A stretch of DNA of 64,000 nucleotides. It comes from an uncultured Fibrobacterota bacterium (GTDB lineage: Bacteria > Fibrobacterota > Chitinivibrionia > Chitinivibrionales > CAYFVL01). Positions 45,878 through 54,895 of this stretch are shown piece after piece; position 1 is the stretch's first letter, and each line of letters opens with the position of its first letter. A model generated the notes under the pieces. It searched no databases and was not told where the DNA came from. It saw nothing but the letters and a program-made list of their open reading frames with translations. The position numbers were made by a program, and so were the translations under genes. The DNA lies in contig CAZPHU010000002.1 of assembly GCA_964586285.1 (NCBI GenBank), positions 1,499-65,498 on the forward strand, given 5' to 3'.

Positions 45878-46369
45878 TCAAATAAGCCGATTTAGTTGTT
45901 GAGTTGAGCGTTTATTTAGATCTGAACGATTTTTAATTCTGTATCGTCTGTTTTGTTCGTCTGTAATAAGCAAAGAGCCGTTTGCGGACCATATCATACT
46001 TTCCTGACGGTTACGCACTGTGAAAGTTGCCTCGCCACGATCAGTAAGAACCGACCATGTGTCCACACGACGATTATGTGGTTTAATTGAGTAAATTTCT
46101 ATAATCTCAGGAATGAAGTATCGGAATTTTATCTCCTTTTTAACTAACTGCTGCTGATTGAACTGCAGATCTTTGATATTACTTATCATGCCAACCTGCG
46201 TTTTAGCGCCGGTGAGTGATTCATGGATTATGGCAATATAGCTGTCGGGATCTGAAAGAGGAAAAAGAGGCACACACGAGACCGGAACATATTGGCTGCC
46301 GTCTAAGAAAGTAACCTGTAATTCACCTTCGGATTTACGAGAGAAATTCATATTATCTTTTCCAGTCAC
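45878..46369 (-). CDS. DUF1854-family protein (ABC-transporter-associated)
   Basis: 163 aa. The blocks LFPLSDPDSYI, FRYFIPEIIEI, VLTDRGEATFTV and DEQNRRYRI match my recollection of DUF1854. The gene starts 9 nt after the ABC gene stop. Confidence 0.6.
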   Translation of the reverse strand: MTGKDNMNFSRKSEGELQVTFLDGSQYVPVSCVPLFPLSDPDSYIAIIHESLTGAKTQVGMISNIKDLQFNQQQLVKKEIKFRYFIPEIIEIYSIKPHNRRVDTWSVLTDRGEATFTVRNRQESMIWSANGSLLITDEQNRRYRIKNRSDLNKRSTQQLNRLI

Positions 46370-46378
46370 TTTTCTGAA

Positions 46379-48589
46379 TCATTCATTTAAAGCAAAAATG
46401 CGGTTAAGTTCCTTTTGAGTTGAAACCAGCCGGCTGAACAGCCCTTGCCTTTCTAATAATTCCTCATGCGTACCGATCTCGACAAGTTTACCCTCATCAA
46501 TCACGAAAAGTCTGTTACAGTTGCGCAGGGTGGACAATCTGTGAGCGATAGCAATAGTTGTACGGTTATGAGTCAGGCGATCTAAAGCTTGTTGAATTTT
46601 CGCTTCGGTTTCCGTGTCTACGGAGGATGTCGCTTCATCGAGAATGAGCACACGCGGATTGCGAAGTATTGCGCGTGCAATGGAGATCCTTTGTTTTTCA
46701 CCACCTGACAATTTGTTGCCCCTTTCCCCGACCTGAGTGTCATAGCCGTCAGGTTTCTTTAAAATAAAGTCGTGTACATTTGCCGCTACTGCTGCTTCGA
46801 TTACCTCTTCGGGTGTTGCATCAGGCTTCGCATAGGCGATATTTTCGTAAATCGTACCATTAAAAAGAAAAGTTTCCTGAAGCACGATTCCGATATGTGA
46901 CCGTACATCTTTAAAATTTACCTTGCTTATGTCGTGTCCGTCTATCAGAATGCGTCCGTCGTCGGGAGAATAAAGACGGCAAATAAGATTAATTAGAGTG
47001 CTTTTTCCGGCTCCGCTTTTTCCTACAAGTCCCACAATTTCATTTTCCTGAATTTCAAAGCTCATATTTCGGATGACAGGCTTAAGCGAATTGTAGCCGA
47101 ATGTTACATTATCAAATGTGACGGTACCCTTTATCTTCTCCAAACGTATAGCAGCGGGCACATCAACAATTTCAGGATCTGTGTCAAGAACATCAAAAAG
47201 TCGCTCCGCGGCACTCAAGGAGCCAAACAGCATATGTGTCATTCGGGAAAGTGTAAATACCGGCCGATAAAACATAGACAGGTATCCGGCGTAAGCTACC
47301 ACCGAACCGATTGACATTCGGCCGCTTAAAACGAGATCCCCTCCCACAAACCATACCAGAACAGATCCGATGATAATCAGTACATGCATAAATGGATTGT
47401 ACAGGCTCCACATTTTGCTCAGCTCTATGCCTGCATCGCGATATGAGCAGTTGAATGAATCGAACTTTTTTATTTCCAACGATTCCTGCCCAAATGACTT
47501 AATGACTCGAATACCCGAAACTGAGTCGTTAACAGCAGCACTTAAACGGGCTCGATTGTGAAAAAAACTGTGCATATACTGATGAATTTTCGGAAAAATA
47601 CGGAGTAAGAAAAAAACCGTAGCTATGATGGGCAACAGAACAAATGCTGTCAGCCGCCAACTAAGAACAAAAAGAAAAGTTCCCACTCCCAGGAGTGTAA
47701 GGATACTTTCTATTGTCAGAGGCATGAAATTTACCAGAAATTGCTGCAACTCGCCGCTGTCCTGATTAACTCGAGAAACGATTGAGCCTGTGGGATGCTT
47801 ATCGTAAAAGGAAAGCGAAAGTTGCTGGAGTTTTGCATACAGAGCTGATCGCACATCGTACACGGTTTTGTGCCCTAAAACCCCGGAAAGCCTTGCCTGA
47901 AGAGCCGTAAAGAATTGCTGCCCGATATGTGCTCCAAGCAAAACAAGAACAACCGCGGTGAGCCAGTGAGCATTCGGATAATTTCCTGTTGGCCCCTTTG
48001 AAAATACGAAATCTATGAAGAGCTTACTTGTGTAGGGTGCGGCTAAGCCAAAACCGGTTGCTGCCAGCATGCATAATAACAGTAGAATAAGTTGTTTAGT
48101 GTAGGGCCGCGAGAACCGCATCACCCGAAATAAAACAGTTTTTTTCCTTTTAATCCCTGTCGTTTTTCCCCTTTTATCTGCATGGGTGTAAGCGTTAGGC
48201 TGGGCGAAGGTTTTTGTATCTGGTAATTCAAGGAAGGCCTGTATACTTTCTACTATTGTGGCGAAATCTTTATCTTTTTCGTTGGTCCATGAGATTATCC
48301 GATGCAACCGGCCATTTATAGAAGCTGAAAGCACACTGGAACCGATAAGGGGTTCTATGGTAAAAGTTTCTATCTGGGAGGTGGCAAGGTCTTTGAGTAT
48401 CGCCAGCTGTCGCTTACTGTCGTATCCGACTGTGATTAGACGCTTCTCTGTCACGATCAGATAGCTGGAACCGAAATTTCCCTCAAGAGTTATGTCCGAC
48501 TCATAAAATAGCCGTATGGGAGCGCCATGGTAGCGCTGATGCAAAAGCGATAAAATGCTGGGTGGTATTGAGCAAGTCGATAACGCCAT
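46379..48589 (-). CDS. ABC exporter (fused permease-ATPase) with an extra ~150-aa N-terminal cytoplasmic domain
   Basis: Six-TM exporter domain with Walker A GKSGAGKST, signature LSGGEKQR and Walker B ILILDEATS. The N-terminal extension contains SSYLIVTEKRLITV, which looks like a bacterial PH domain. Confidence 0.9.
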   Translation of the reverse strand: MALSTCSIPPSILSLLHQRYHGAPIRLFYESDITLEGNFGSSYLIVTEKRLITVGYDSKRQLAILKDLATSQIETFTIEPLIGSSVLSASINGRLHRIISWTNEKDKDFATIVESIQAFLELPDTKTFAQPNAYTHADKRGKTTGIKRKKTVLFRVMRFSRPYTKQLILLLLCMLAATGFGLAAPYTSKLFIDFVFSKGPTGNYPNAHWLTAVVLVLLGAHIGQQFFTALQARLSGVLGHKTVYDVRSALYAKLQQLSLSFYDKHPTGSIVSRVNQDSGELQQFLVNFMPLTIESILTLLGVGTFLFVLSWRLTAFVLLPIIATVFFLLRIFPKIHQYMHSFFHNRARLSAAVNDSVSGIRVIKSFGQESLEIKKFDSFNCSYRDAGIELSKMWSLYNPFMHVLIIIGSVLVWFVGGDLVLSGRMSIGSVVAYAGYLSMFYRPVFTLSRMTHMLFGSLSAAERLFDVLDTDPEIVDVPAAIRLEKIKGTVTFDNVTFGYNSLKPVIRNMSFEIQENEIVGLVGKSGAGKSTLINLICRLYSPDDGRILIDGHDISKVNFKDVRSHIGIVLQETFLFNGTIYENIAYAKPDATPEEVIEAAVAANVHDFILKKPDGYDTQVGERGNKLSGGEKQRISIARAILRNPRVLILDEATSSVDTETEAKIQQALDRLTHNRTTIAIAHRLSTLRNCNRLFVIDEGKLVEIGTHEELLERQGLFSRLVSTQKELNRIFALNE

Positions 48590-48888
48590 ATTTTTATAAT
48601 ACGTCTAAACTCTGTGCAAATTCAAGAAGCATCTAATTGGTTCGGATGAATGGATTTTGGGCCGATAACGGCTCGCAGGCTTTTCAGCTCAGATGTGAGC
48701 TGATCGAGCAAGAAATAGAAATTTCCGAATTAGAGAGAGGACAGATTCTGATGCCCCCTCTCTTAAGAACTTTCGGATACCAGGGTAAAAACATCTAGAA
48801 AGCATCAAAAGCAAGTGTTCTTTAACAAGTGCAAAATAAAATAATTCTGCATATATCCAAACGTTCATCCGGTCATAAAGCGCATCGT

Positions 48889-50175
48889 TTAGAGTGACGG
48901 CACCAGAACATCTTTGCCTAGATAGGGGCGAAGAATTTCTGGAATCTTTACGGATCCGTCGGATTGCTGAAATTGTTCAACTATAGCTGGAAGGAGTCGG
49001 CTAGTTGCCAATCCAGATGCATTTAACGTATGAAGAAACTCAAGTTTATTAGTACTTTTTCGTCTAAACCGAATATTTCCTCGACGGCTCTGATAATCTG
49101 CCGCGCAGGAGGCCGAACTAACCTCTTTGTATTCATTCATGCTTGGAATCCAGACCTCAATATCGTATGTTTTTGCCATTGAAGCGCTGCAATCTCGGGC
49201 GGCTAGTTTGGAAACCTGATAATGCAGACCAAGCCGCTGAACCAGCCGCTCTGCCTTGCCAATCATTTCTTCAAGTGCCGCTTCGGAGTCCTCCGGGCGG
49301 CAGTACTGAAATATTTCTACCTTATTGAATTGATGCCCTCTGATCATACCTCGCTCTTGTGTCCGGTAACTTCCCGCCTCTTTTCGGTAACACGGGGTAT
49401 ATGCAAACAGTTTTTGCGGCAGCTGATCCTCAGAAAGTATTTCATCTCGGTAGAAATTTATCAGCGCGGTCTCAGCGGTTGGAAGAAGAAAATGAGTGCT
49501 ATTTTGATCCGCTTCTGATTTTAAATGGAAGACATCATCAGAAAACTTTGGGAACTGACCGGCGGTAAAACCACATTGGTGTATCAAAAGGTGAGGTGGT
49601 AAAATAAAAGTGTAACCATCCTTTAAATGTTCGTTAATAAAGTAGTTAAGCAGGGCCCATTCGAATTGGGCACCAATGCCCTTGTAAAGCCAGAAACCGC
49701 TTCCTCCCATTTTCACTCCGCGCTCGTAGTCGACCAGTCCGAGATTCGTGACCAAATCTACATGGTCCTTAGCAGCGAAATCGAATGAAGGCTTTTCGCC
49801 CCAGATCCTGATCACTGTATTGTTTTCTTTCCCACCCGCAACAACATCCTCGGCGGGTATATTGGGTAGAGATACAAGAAATGTCTGTACTTTTTCTTCA
49901 AGCAGCGAAACCAAAGATTCCAGCTCCTTAATCGAGGCCGAAACAGTTTTCATATCATCCAAAAGATGCTGGACATCCTTGCCTTGTTTCTTTAGGCGGG
50001 GAATCTCGCCGGAAACTGAATTCCTTTTTTGCTGTAAATCATTGAGATTGTTGATTGCTTGTCGTTTGTCTGTGTCCCATTGCATCAGCTCAGAAAAATC
50101 GACACTATCCATGCGCTTAAGAAGAGCTTTCCTGACCTGCTCGGGTTGTTCACGAATGAGTTTAATATCCAGCAT
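48889..50175 (-). CDS. serS: Serine--tRNA ligase
   Basis: 428 aa with an N-terminal coiled coil (MLDIKLIRE...) and class II motifs (FRKEAGS-type CYRKEAG, GLATSRLL). Confidence 0.95.
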   Translation of the reverse strand: MLDIKLIREQPEQVRKALLKRMDSVDFSELMQWDTDKRQAINNLNDLQQKRNSVSGEIPRLKKQGKDVQHLLDDMKTVSASIKELESLVSLLEEKVQTFLVSLPNIPAEDVVAGGKENNTVIRIWGEKPSFDFAAKDHVDLVTNLGLVDYERGVKMGGSGFWLYKGIGAQFEWALLNYFINEHLKDGYTFILPPHLLIHQCGFTAGQFPKFSDDVFHLKSEADQNSTHFLLPTAETALINFYRDEILSEDQLPQKLFAYTPCYRKEAGSYRTQERGMIRGHQFNKVEIFQYCRPEDSEAALEEMIGKAERLVQRLGLHYQVSKLAARDCSASMAKTYDIEVWIPSMNEYKEVSSASCAADYQSRRGNIRFRRKSTNKLEFLHTLNASGLATSRLLPAIVEQFQQSDGSVKIPEILRPYLGKDVLVPSL

Positions 50176-50310
50176 GACTGACTTTGCTCCTTATTATTCT
50201 ATATAGTAATTTCATCCAGTGTCACAACTTCAATAGCTGTTTGACTGAAAACGGACAAGCGAAAAATAATCTATCCTTCTTTCCATATCCAACCGCTGCT
50301 TAAAAGTTCT

Positions 50311-50850
50311 TTATTTTCCCTCATAGCTTTGTGTGAAATCGTTAAAATGCACTTTATTCATCAATAAGCTCTCAGCTGGGTGCGGGGTCTTATGTTCCGC
50401 GGGATGACCAACGGCGATGATTGATTCAACACGAATGTCGGTCGGAATGCCAAGATTTTCCCTTACGAACTCCTCAGATGATCGTCTAAAGTTGTGTTTT
50501 CGTTTTCTAATCTGAATCCAGCATGCACCCAGACCCATAGATTCGGCAGCTAATTGGACGATTGTGGAGGCAATAGAACAGTCTTCGACCCAAACATCCG
50601 ATGCTTGCTCACTAGCGCACACAACGATACCAAGCGGTGCCTGAGCAAGAAAAGCTGATCCGTATTCTTTAGATGCGGATAAGGTGTTAAGAAGTGACTT
50701 ATCGGTTACAATGATAAATTCCCACGGGCGAATATTGCGCGATGATGGGGAGCGCAGAAGGCATTCTACAAGAATATCGATTGTGGCGCTATCCACCAGT
50801 TTATCCTTAAAGACACGAACGGATCGTCTTTGGCGAAGAAGTGACAGCAT
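50311..50850 (-). CDS. Nitroreductase-family flavoprotein
   Basis: 179 aa with RRSVRVFKDK at the N-terminus, SSRNIRPWEF and typical length. Confidence 0.8.
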   Translation of the reverse strand: MLSLLRQRRSVRVFKDKLVDSATIDILVECLLRSPSSRNIRPWEFIIVTDKSLLNTLSASKEYGSAFLAQAPLGIVVCASEQASDVWVEDCSIASTIVQLAAESMGLGACWIQIRKRKHNFRRSSEEFVRENLGIPTDIRVESIIAVGHPAEHKTPHPAESLLMNKVHFNDFTQSYEGK

Positions 50851-51234
50851 TCATTTCCTCCAGTTCCGTACTGTTTCCGGTTAAAACTTTCCAGCACTGG
50901 AAAATAAATCGTTCAAACAAAAAATGCACATCGGCATGATTTTCAAATATTGTTGTAATTTGCAATACCTAAATCGTATATTACCTGTTCATTCCTTCAA
51001 GGGGAACCTGGGAGATCGTTAATTCCGGGGGTTATAAATCTAGAAGATAGAACTTTCTGTGACATTCTGCAGAGGTATGGATTTAAACAAAAAAAGTTTG
51101 GGAATCGTCACATTCAGATAGCTTATAAGGTTAGCCTCCAAAATTGGGTGCGAAGAAATATCGCGCTTTTTTGTTTTGCCTCTGTTTGAGGTGAGGGGTA
51201 CCTGCGAGCAAAAGCCAAGGTTACTAAGAGTCAC

Positions 51235-52221
51235 ATGAGATACTCAGAGAATTTTAACAGAGCACACGCTAAGTCAGTAACAGATAGTTATTCAAAAATC
51301 ACTGAGATCGATTCGCTGATAAAAATTCACGCTTCTGCTTTAGAGCAAGCGGGTGTTCATCTGCAGAGAAAACAGGAGATGCCCTACGGTACTCAATTTC
51401 GCGTGATTAGCGGCGAAAGGGAAGGGCTTATTAATATCTATTTTTCTCGTAAGAAGGGAATCAGCAAGGTCGATTGCTCCCAAAACGCGGTTTCGGAAAT
51501 TGCAATCCGTGTTTTATCCGGCGAAAAGAACTGCGGCCACATAGATGATTCGGATGATTCCGGCGAGGAGCTTGGTTTTAATAAATGGATAGGTACCGAT
51601 GAATCGGGGAAGGGCGACTTTTTTGGTCCTCTGGTCATAGCCGGATTCTTTGCAACAACAGAAATCAAACAAACTCTTTTGGAAAATGGGGTGGCAGACA
51701 GTAAGCAGCTGTCTGCTGTACAGATAAAAGAAATAGCTCAGTGGCTTTCGCGAGAATTTTCCGAACATATAGCCATTGTATCACCTCGTAATTCCAGATA
51801 TAATGAATTGTATACCGGTTTCGGTAATCTGAATAAACTTCTGGCGTGGGGTCATGCTCGTTGTATAGAAAATCTTATGCAGAGCTGGCGGGATGCGCAT
51901 AATGTGATTATTGAGGGGGTGGTGTCCGATCAGTTTGGTGATAAGAAGTATTTGGAAAATGCACTATCCGCTATGAAAAAGATCCGTTTGGTTCAAAGGC
52001 ATAGAGGAGAGTCAAACGTAGCCGTTGCTGCGGCTTCAATAATTGCGCGCAATCATTTTGCCGCACAATGTGTGCGCATGGAACAGACTTATGGAATGAG
52101 GTTTCCACTGGGATGTTCCGGTCAGGTTAAGGCGGCGGCAAAGGAATTTGCAAATCGTTATGGAAAGCATCGTCTTTCCGAAGTAGCTAAAATTCACTTC
52201 AAAACTTATCAGGAGATTTAA
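51235..52221 (+). CDS. rnhC: Ribonuclease HIII
   Basis: 328 aa with an N-terminal DUF3378-like domain and the catalytic block GTDESGKGDFFGPLVIAG (HIII type, not HII). AAASIIAR near the C-terminus. Confidence 0.85.
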   Translation: MRYSENFNRAHAKSVTDSYSKITEIDSLIKIHASALEQAGVHLQRKQEMPYGTQFRVISGEREGLINIYFSRKKGISKVDCSQNAVSEIAIRVLSGEKNCGHIDDSDDSGEELGFNKWIGTDESGKGDFFGPLVIAGFFATTEIKQTLLENGVADSKQLSAVQIKEIAQWLSREFSEHIAIVSPRNSRYNELYTGFGNLNKLLAWGHARCIENLMQSWRDAHNVIIEGVVSDQFGDKKYLENALSAMKKIRLVQRHRGESNVAVAAASIIARNHFAAQCVRMEQTYGMRFPLGCSGQVKAAAKEFANRYGKHRLSEVAKIHFKTYQEI

Positions 52222-52222
52222 C

Positions 52223-53455
52223 GTGCCAGATTTAAAAAAAGCAAAGGCACTGAGAAAGAGCCGCAAATACGACAGGGCTCTTGAGTTGTACCAGGAGCTC
52301 TGGGGTAATGAACAGTCCAGTGATGTCGCGGCGGGTATAGTAAACTGTCTGCGTTCAATGGGACGTCTTGATGAGGCTGAATCGTTTGCCGATGATGCAT
52401 TGGCGATAGATTCAGGGCCTGATGCCGCATGGCTGAAGACCGAAAAGGCTTGGACCTTGTATGTAAAATATGTTAAACCTGTTCAAATCGAAGATCGAGA
52501 GCAGTTTCTTCGTGCCGCTCGCGAGGTAATGAAACTGACTAACGATTTCCTTCCTCGAAAACTGACTGCATTTAAAGTTACCGATGTTTTATCGAAGGAT
52601 GTTGAGCCCGACTGGCACTCGATTCGTCGCTGGCTCGAAGACATCCGCAGTGTTGAAACCGAACCGGTAAAGGTTGATCCGGGAAAAAAGATGTCGGATA
52701 AGAAGAAGTGGTTTTTCAAATACACTAAAGCTTTGGAGAAAATCGGTGAGTATGATCGCTGCCGAATCTATTGTGAGAAAGCTCAACGTGTATTCAAGAA
52801 GAATTTTTTCTTCCGCCACCGTGCCGCCAAATGTTCCGTTGCTCAAAAGAATTACAAACGTGCAATGGTCGAGTATGATGCATTGATCAACACAAAAGAT
52901 GAATGGTACCTTCACTACGATTTGGCTGAGATTCACGCAGAACTTCAAGACTGGAATGCTGCTGAGCAGCACATTATTATCGCAATCGTTAAGTGTAAAG
53001 AAATGCAGCTTAAAATTAAGGCATATCTGGTTTGGGCCCAGATGCTGTTTCGTCTCCAGCCGGCGAACCTATGGATTCCTTTATACCTGTTTATACTTTT
53101 CAAACAGGCGCAAGGATGGCCGGTGCCCGAAGATGCGGAAAAGCTTCTGGAGGAATATCCTGTACCCAGTTCCGAAGATGAACCGGACCTGCCGCAGATG
53201 CTTCGTATAGCCGACAAGTTTTCTCGTAAACGCTATCGTCCATACATTCCCCAAAAAGTGGGAGCGATAAAAAATCTGAGAGAAAAATTCGGCTTTATAG
53301 CTGGTGATGACGGTGTCGACTACTTTTTTAGTATGACCAATTTAACCGGAAGAGTTGAATTAGGCACACGAGTAGTGTTCAATTCCAAACAAGCCTATGA
53401 TCGAAAGAAAAAGCGTAAATCAGTGGAGGCAGTAGATATTCGGCTGTTTCGCTGA
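52223..53455 (+). CDS. TPR-repeat protein with a C-terminal cold-shock-like (CSD/OB) domain
   Basis: GTG start 1 nt after the rnhC stop. Helical TPR-like repeats run through ~330 aa. The C-terminus GAIKNLREKFGFIAGDDGVDYFFSMTNLTG...VVFN...AVDI follows the CSD pattern. Confidence 0.6.
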   Translation: MPDLKKAKALRKSRKYDRALELYQELWGNEQSSDVAAGIVNCLRSMGRLDEAESFADDALAIDSGPDAAWLKTEKAWTLYVKYVKPVQIEDREQFLRAAREVMKLTNDFLPRKLTAFKVTDVLSKDVEPDWHSIRRWLEDIRSVETEPVKVDPGKKMSDKKKWFFKYTKALEKIGEYDRCRIYCEKAQRVFKKNFFFRHRAAKCSVAQKNYKRAMVEYDALINTKDEWYLHYDLAEIHAELQDWNAAEQHIIIAIVKCKEMQLKIKAYLVWAQMLFRLQPANLWIPLYLFILFKQAQGWPVPEDAEKLLEEYPVPSSEDEPDLPQMLRIADKFSRKRYRPYIPQKVGAIKNLREKFGFIAGDDGVDYFFSMTNLTGRVELGTRVVFNSKQAYDRKKKRKSVEAVDIRLFR

Positions 53456-53481
53456 CAATATTCTTCACGAAATCTAATTTG

Positions 53482-53517
53482 AAGGCTGCCTGCGTATGTG
53501 CCGGCAGCCTTTTTTTC
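53482..53517 (+). terminator. Rho-independent terminator
   Basis: AAGGCTGCC-tgcgtatgtgcc-GGCAGCCTT followed by TTTTTT, 27 nt after the stop at 53455. Confidence 0.8.
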
Positions 53518-53658
53518 GTTCACTTCGAAGTTAATTGATCGTTTCTTTGTTTTCTAAACATCATACATTCGAAAAATCTCACACTCTAATTTCCTGAGCA
53601 TTTACTGCGACTGCTCGATTCAAATTCCCAAAGCGGTTAAGTTACTGTTTTTAGATCC

Positions 53659-53687
53659 TTGTATTTCAGCCCAATTGCCTGTATAAT
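53659..53687 (+). promoter_or_regulatory. Sigma-70-like promoter candidate for the 53745 gene
   Basis: TTGTAT, a 17-nt spacer, then TATAAT (53682-53687) with TG just upstream. It lies ~58 nt before the ATG. Confidence 0.35.
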
Positions 53688-53744
53688 CATAGTTGTGTAA
53701 AGTGCAAACTGGTTTTGTCACTCCTGAATGATTGGAGCATAATT

Positions 53745-54800
53745 ATGGCACTTTTAGGCTCTTACAAAGAAAAAGACAACTCATGGGAAAACGATAACTT
53801 CGTTAACTATAGTATTAATAGAAAACCAAAAGCACGCCCGTCCGAATCAGAAGAAAACATTGAAATGGCTCCATTTGGGGTAAAAAGGGAAGAATTCGAA
53901 ACAATTCGCTCCAATGTATACTACCAGATACGAGCCGGGTTAAAAGAGCGGCTCAGGCGCAGAATAATCGAGGAGAATAGCATACCGATAAAGAATTCTG
54001 AAAAAGGAACCATTGAAAAAGATTTTCCGGGACAAATGCCTGAATCAAAAAATGATCTTCTGAAAAGAGAAGTGTTGTTAAAGCTACGTGAACGGATGCG
54101 GAATCGAATCGTGGAATATAACCGTAAAAAAATCGAGACAGAAGCCTTCGAATTGCTTGACAGAAATACTTCAAATGAAATGGATCTAAACGATAGTAGT
54201 ATTCGCAGGGATGCTTTCAAATCCTTTTCTCAGGACCTGGACAATCAAAACTGTCTGGAAACAAGTGGCGGCTTTTCCACCATTGAAATAAAGGCTCAAG
54301 ATTTTCGGATACACGGATATATAAATAAACAGTCCAACAAACGGGCGTTAAGTGAACATATAAGATCATCTGTATCAAAAGAGGAACTCAAAAATATACG
54401 GATTGCTATTCGCAAACAGTTGTACGATGAGATTCTGCTTCAAGTTAGCGAGGAGCTGCGAAGCATACTGGATCAGAAAATCGAGGAAATACTTGGAAAT
54501 AATCAAAATAAAATTCCATTGAAAAAAATTCGTTCGAGAGATGTCTCAAGGAACTCAGAATATGAGCGGATCTGTGCCATCCTGGAGGCGGCGCGAGCAG
54601 CTGCTCTTGATAATGAAACCATGCATATGTTTAGCAATATGGTACTTGGTACTAAAGAGGGCATGAAGATACTAGTAGACTATCGCAAAAAGTCACAAAT
54701 GAATACCACTAAGCTTGCGTCTTTGATAGAAGGTGTTAGCCGGTGTTTTGATTGCGGTGAGAATCAAATTAGCAGCTATATATCTAACCACTTGAGTTGA
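53745..54800 (+). CDS. Hypothetical highly charged helical protein
   Basis: ATG at 53745 with GGAG 8 nt upstream. K/E/R-rich with no recognisable catalytic motif. Internal recurring R-rich amphipathic helices. Confidence 0.6.
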   Translation: MALLGSYKEKDNSWENDNFVNYSINRKPKARPSESEENIEMAPFGVKREEFETIRSNVYYQIRAGLKERLRRRIIEENSIPIKNSEKGTIEKDFPGQMPESKNDLLKREVLLKLRERMRNRIVEYNRKKIETEAFELLDRNTSNEMDLNDSSIRRDAFKSFSQDLDNQNCLETSGGFSTIEIKAQDFRIHGYINKQSNKRALSEHIRSSVSKEELKNIRIAIRKQLYDEILLQVSEELRSILDQKIEEILGNNQNKIPLKKIRSRDVSRNSEYERICAILEAARAAALDNETMHMFSNMVLGTKEGMKILVDYRKKSQMNTTKLASLIEGVSRCFDCGENQISSYISNHLS

Positions 54801-54895
54801 AATTAGAATCTCATCGACACTTCTTATCAATTGAGTATCGGTCCAAACGTTCTCATTTATGGACCTGGTAACCAGCGGTGATTTATTTTACAGAT

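Noticed and set aside
46379-48589. The idea that the ABC exporter N-terminal extension is a C39 peptidase domain that would process the Nif11-type peptide at 5864.
   Set aside because: The extension shows no C39-like Cys/His catalytic pattern and looks like a small beta-rich (PH-like) domain. The genes are 40 kb apart and on different strands.
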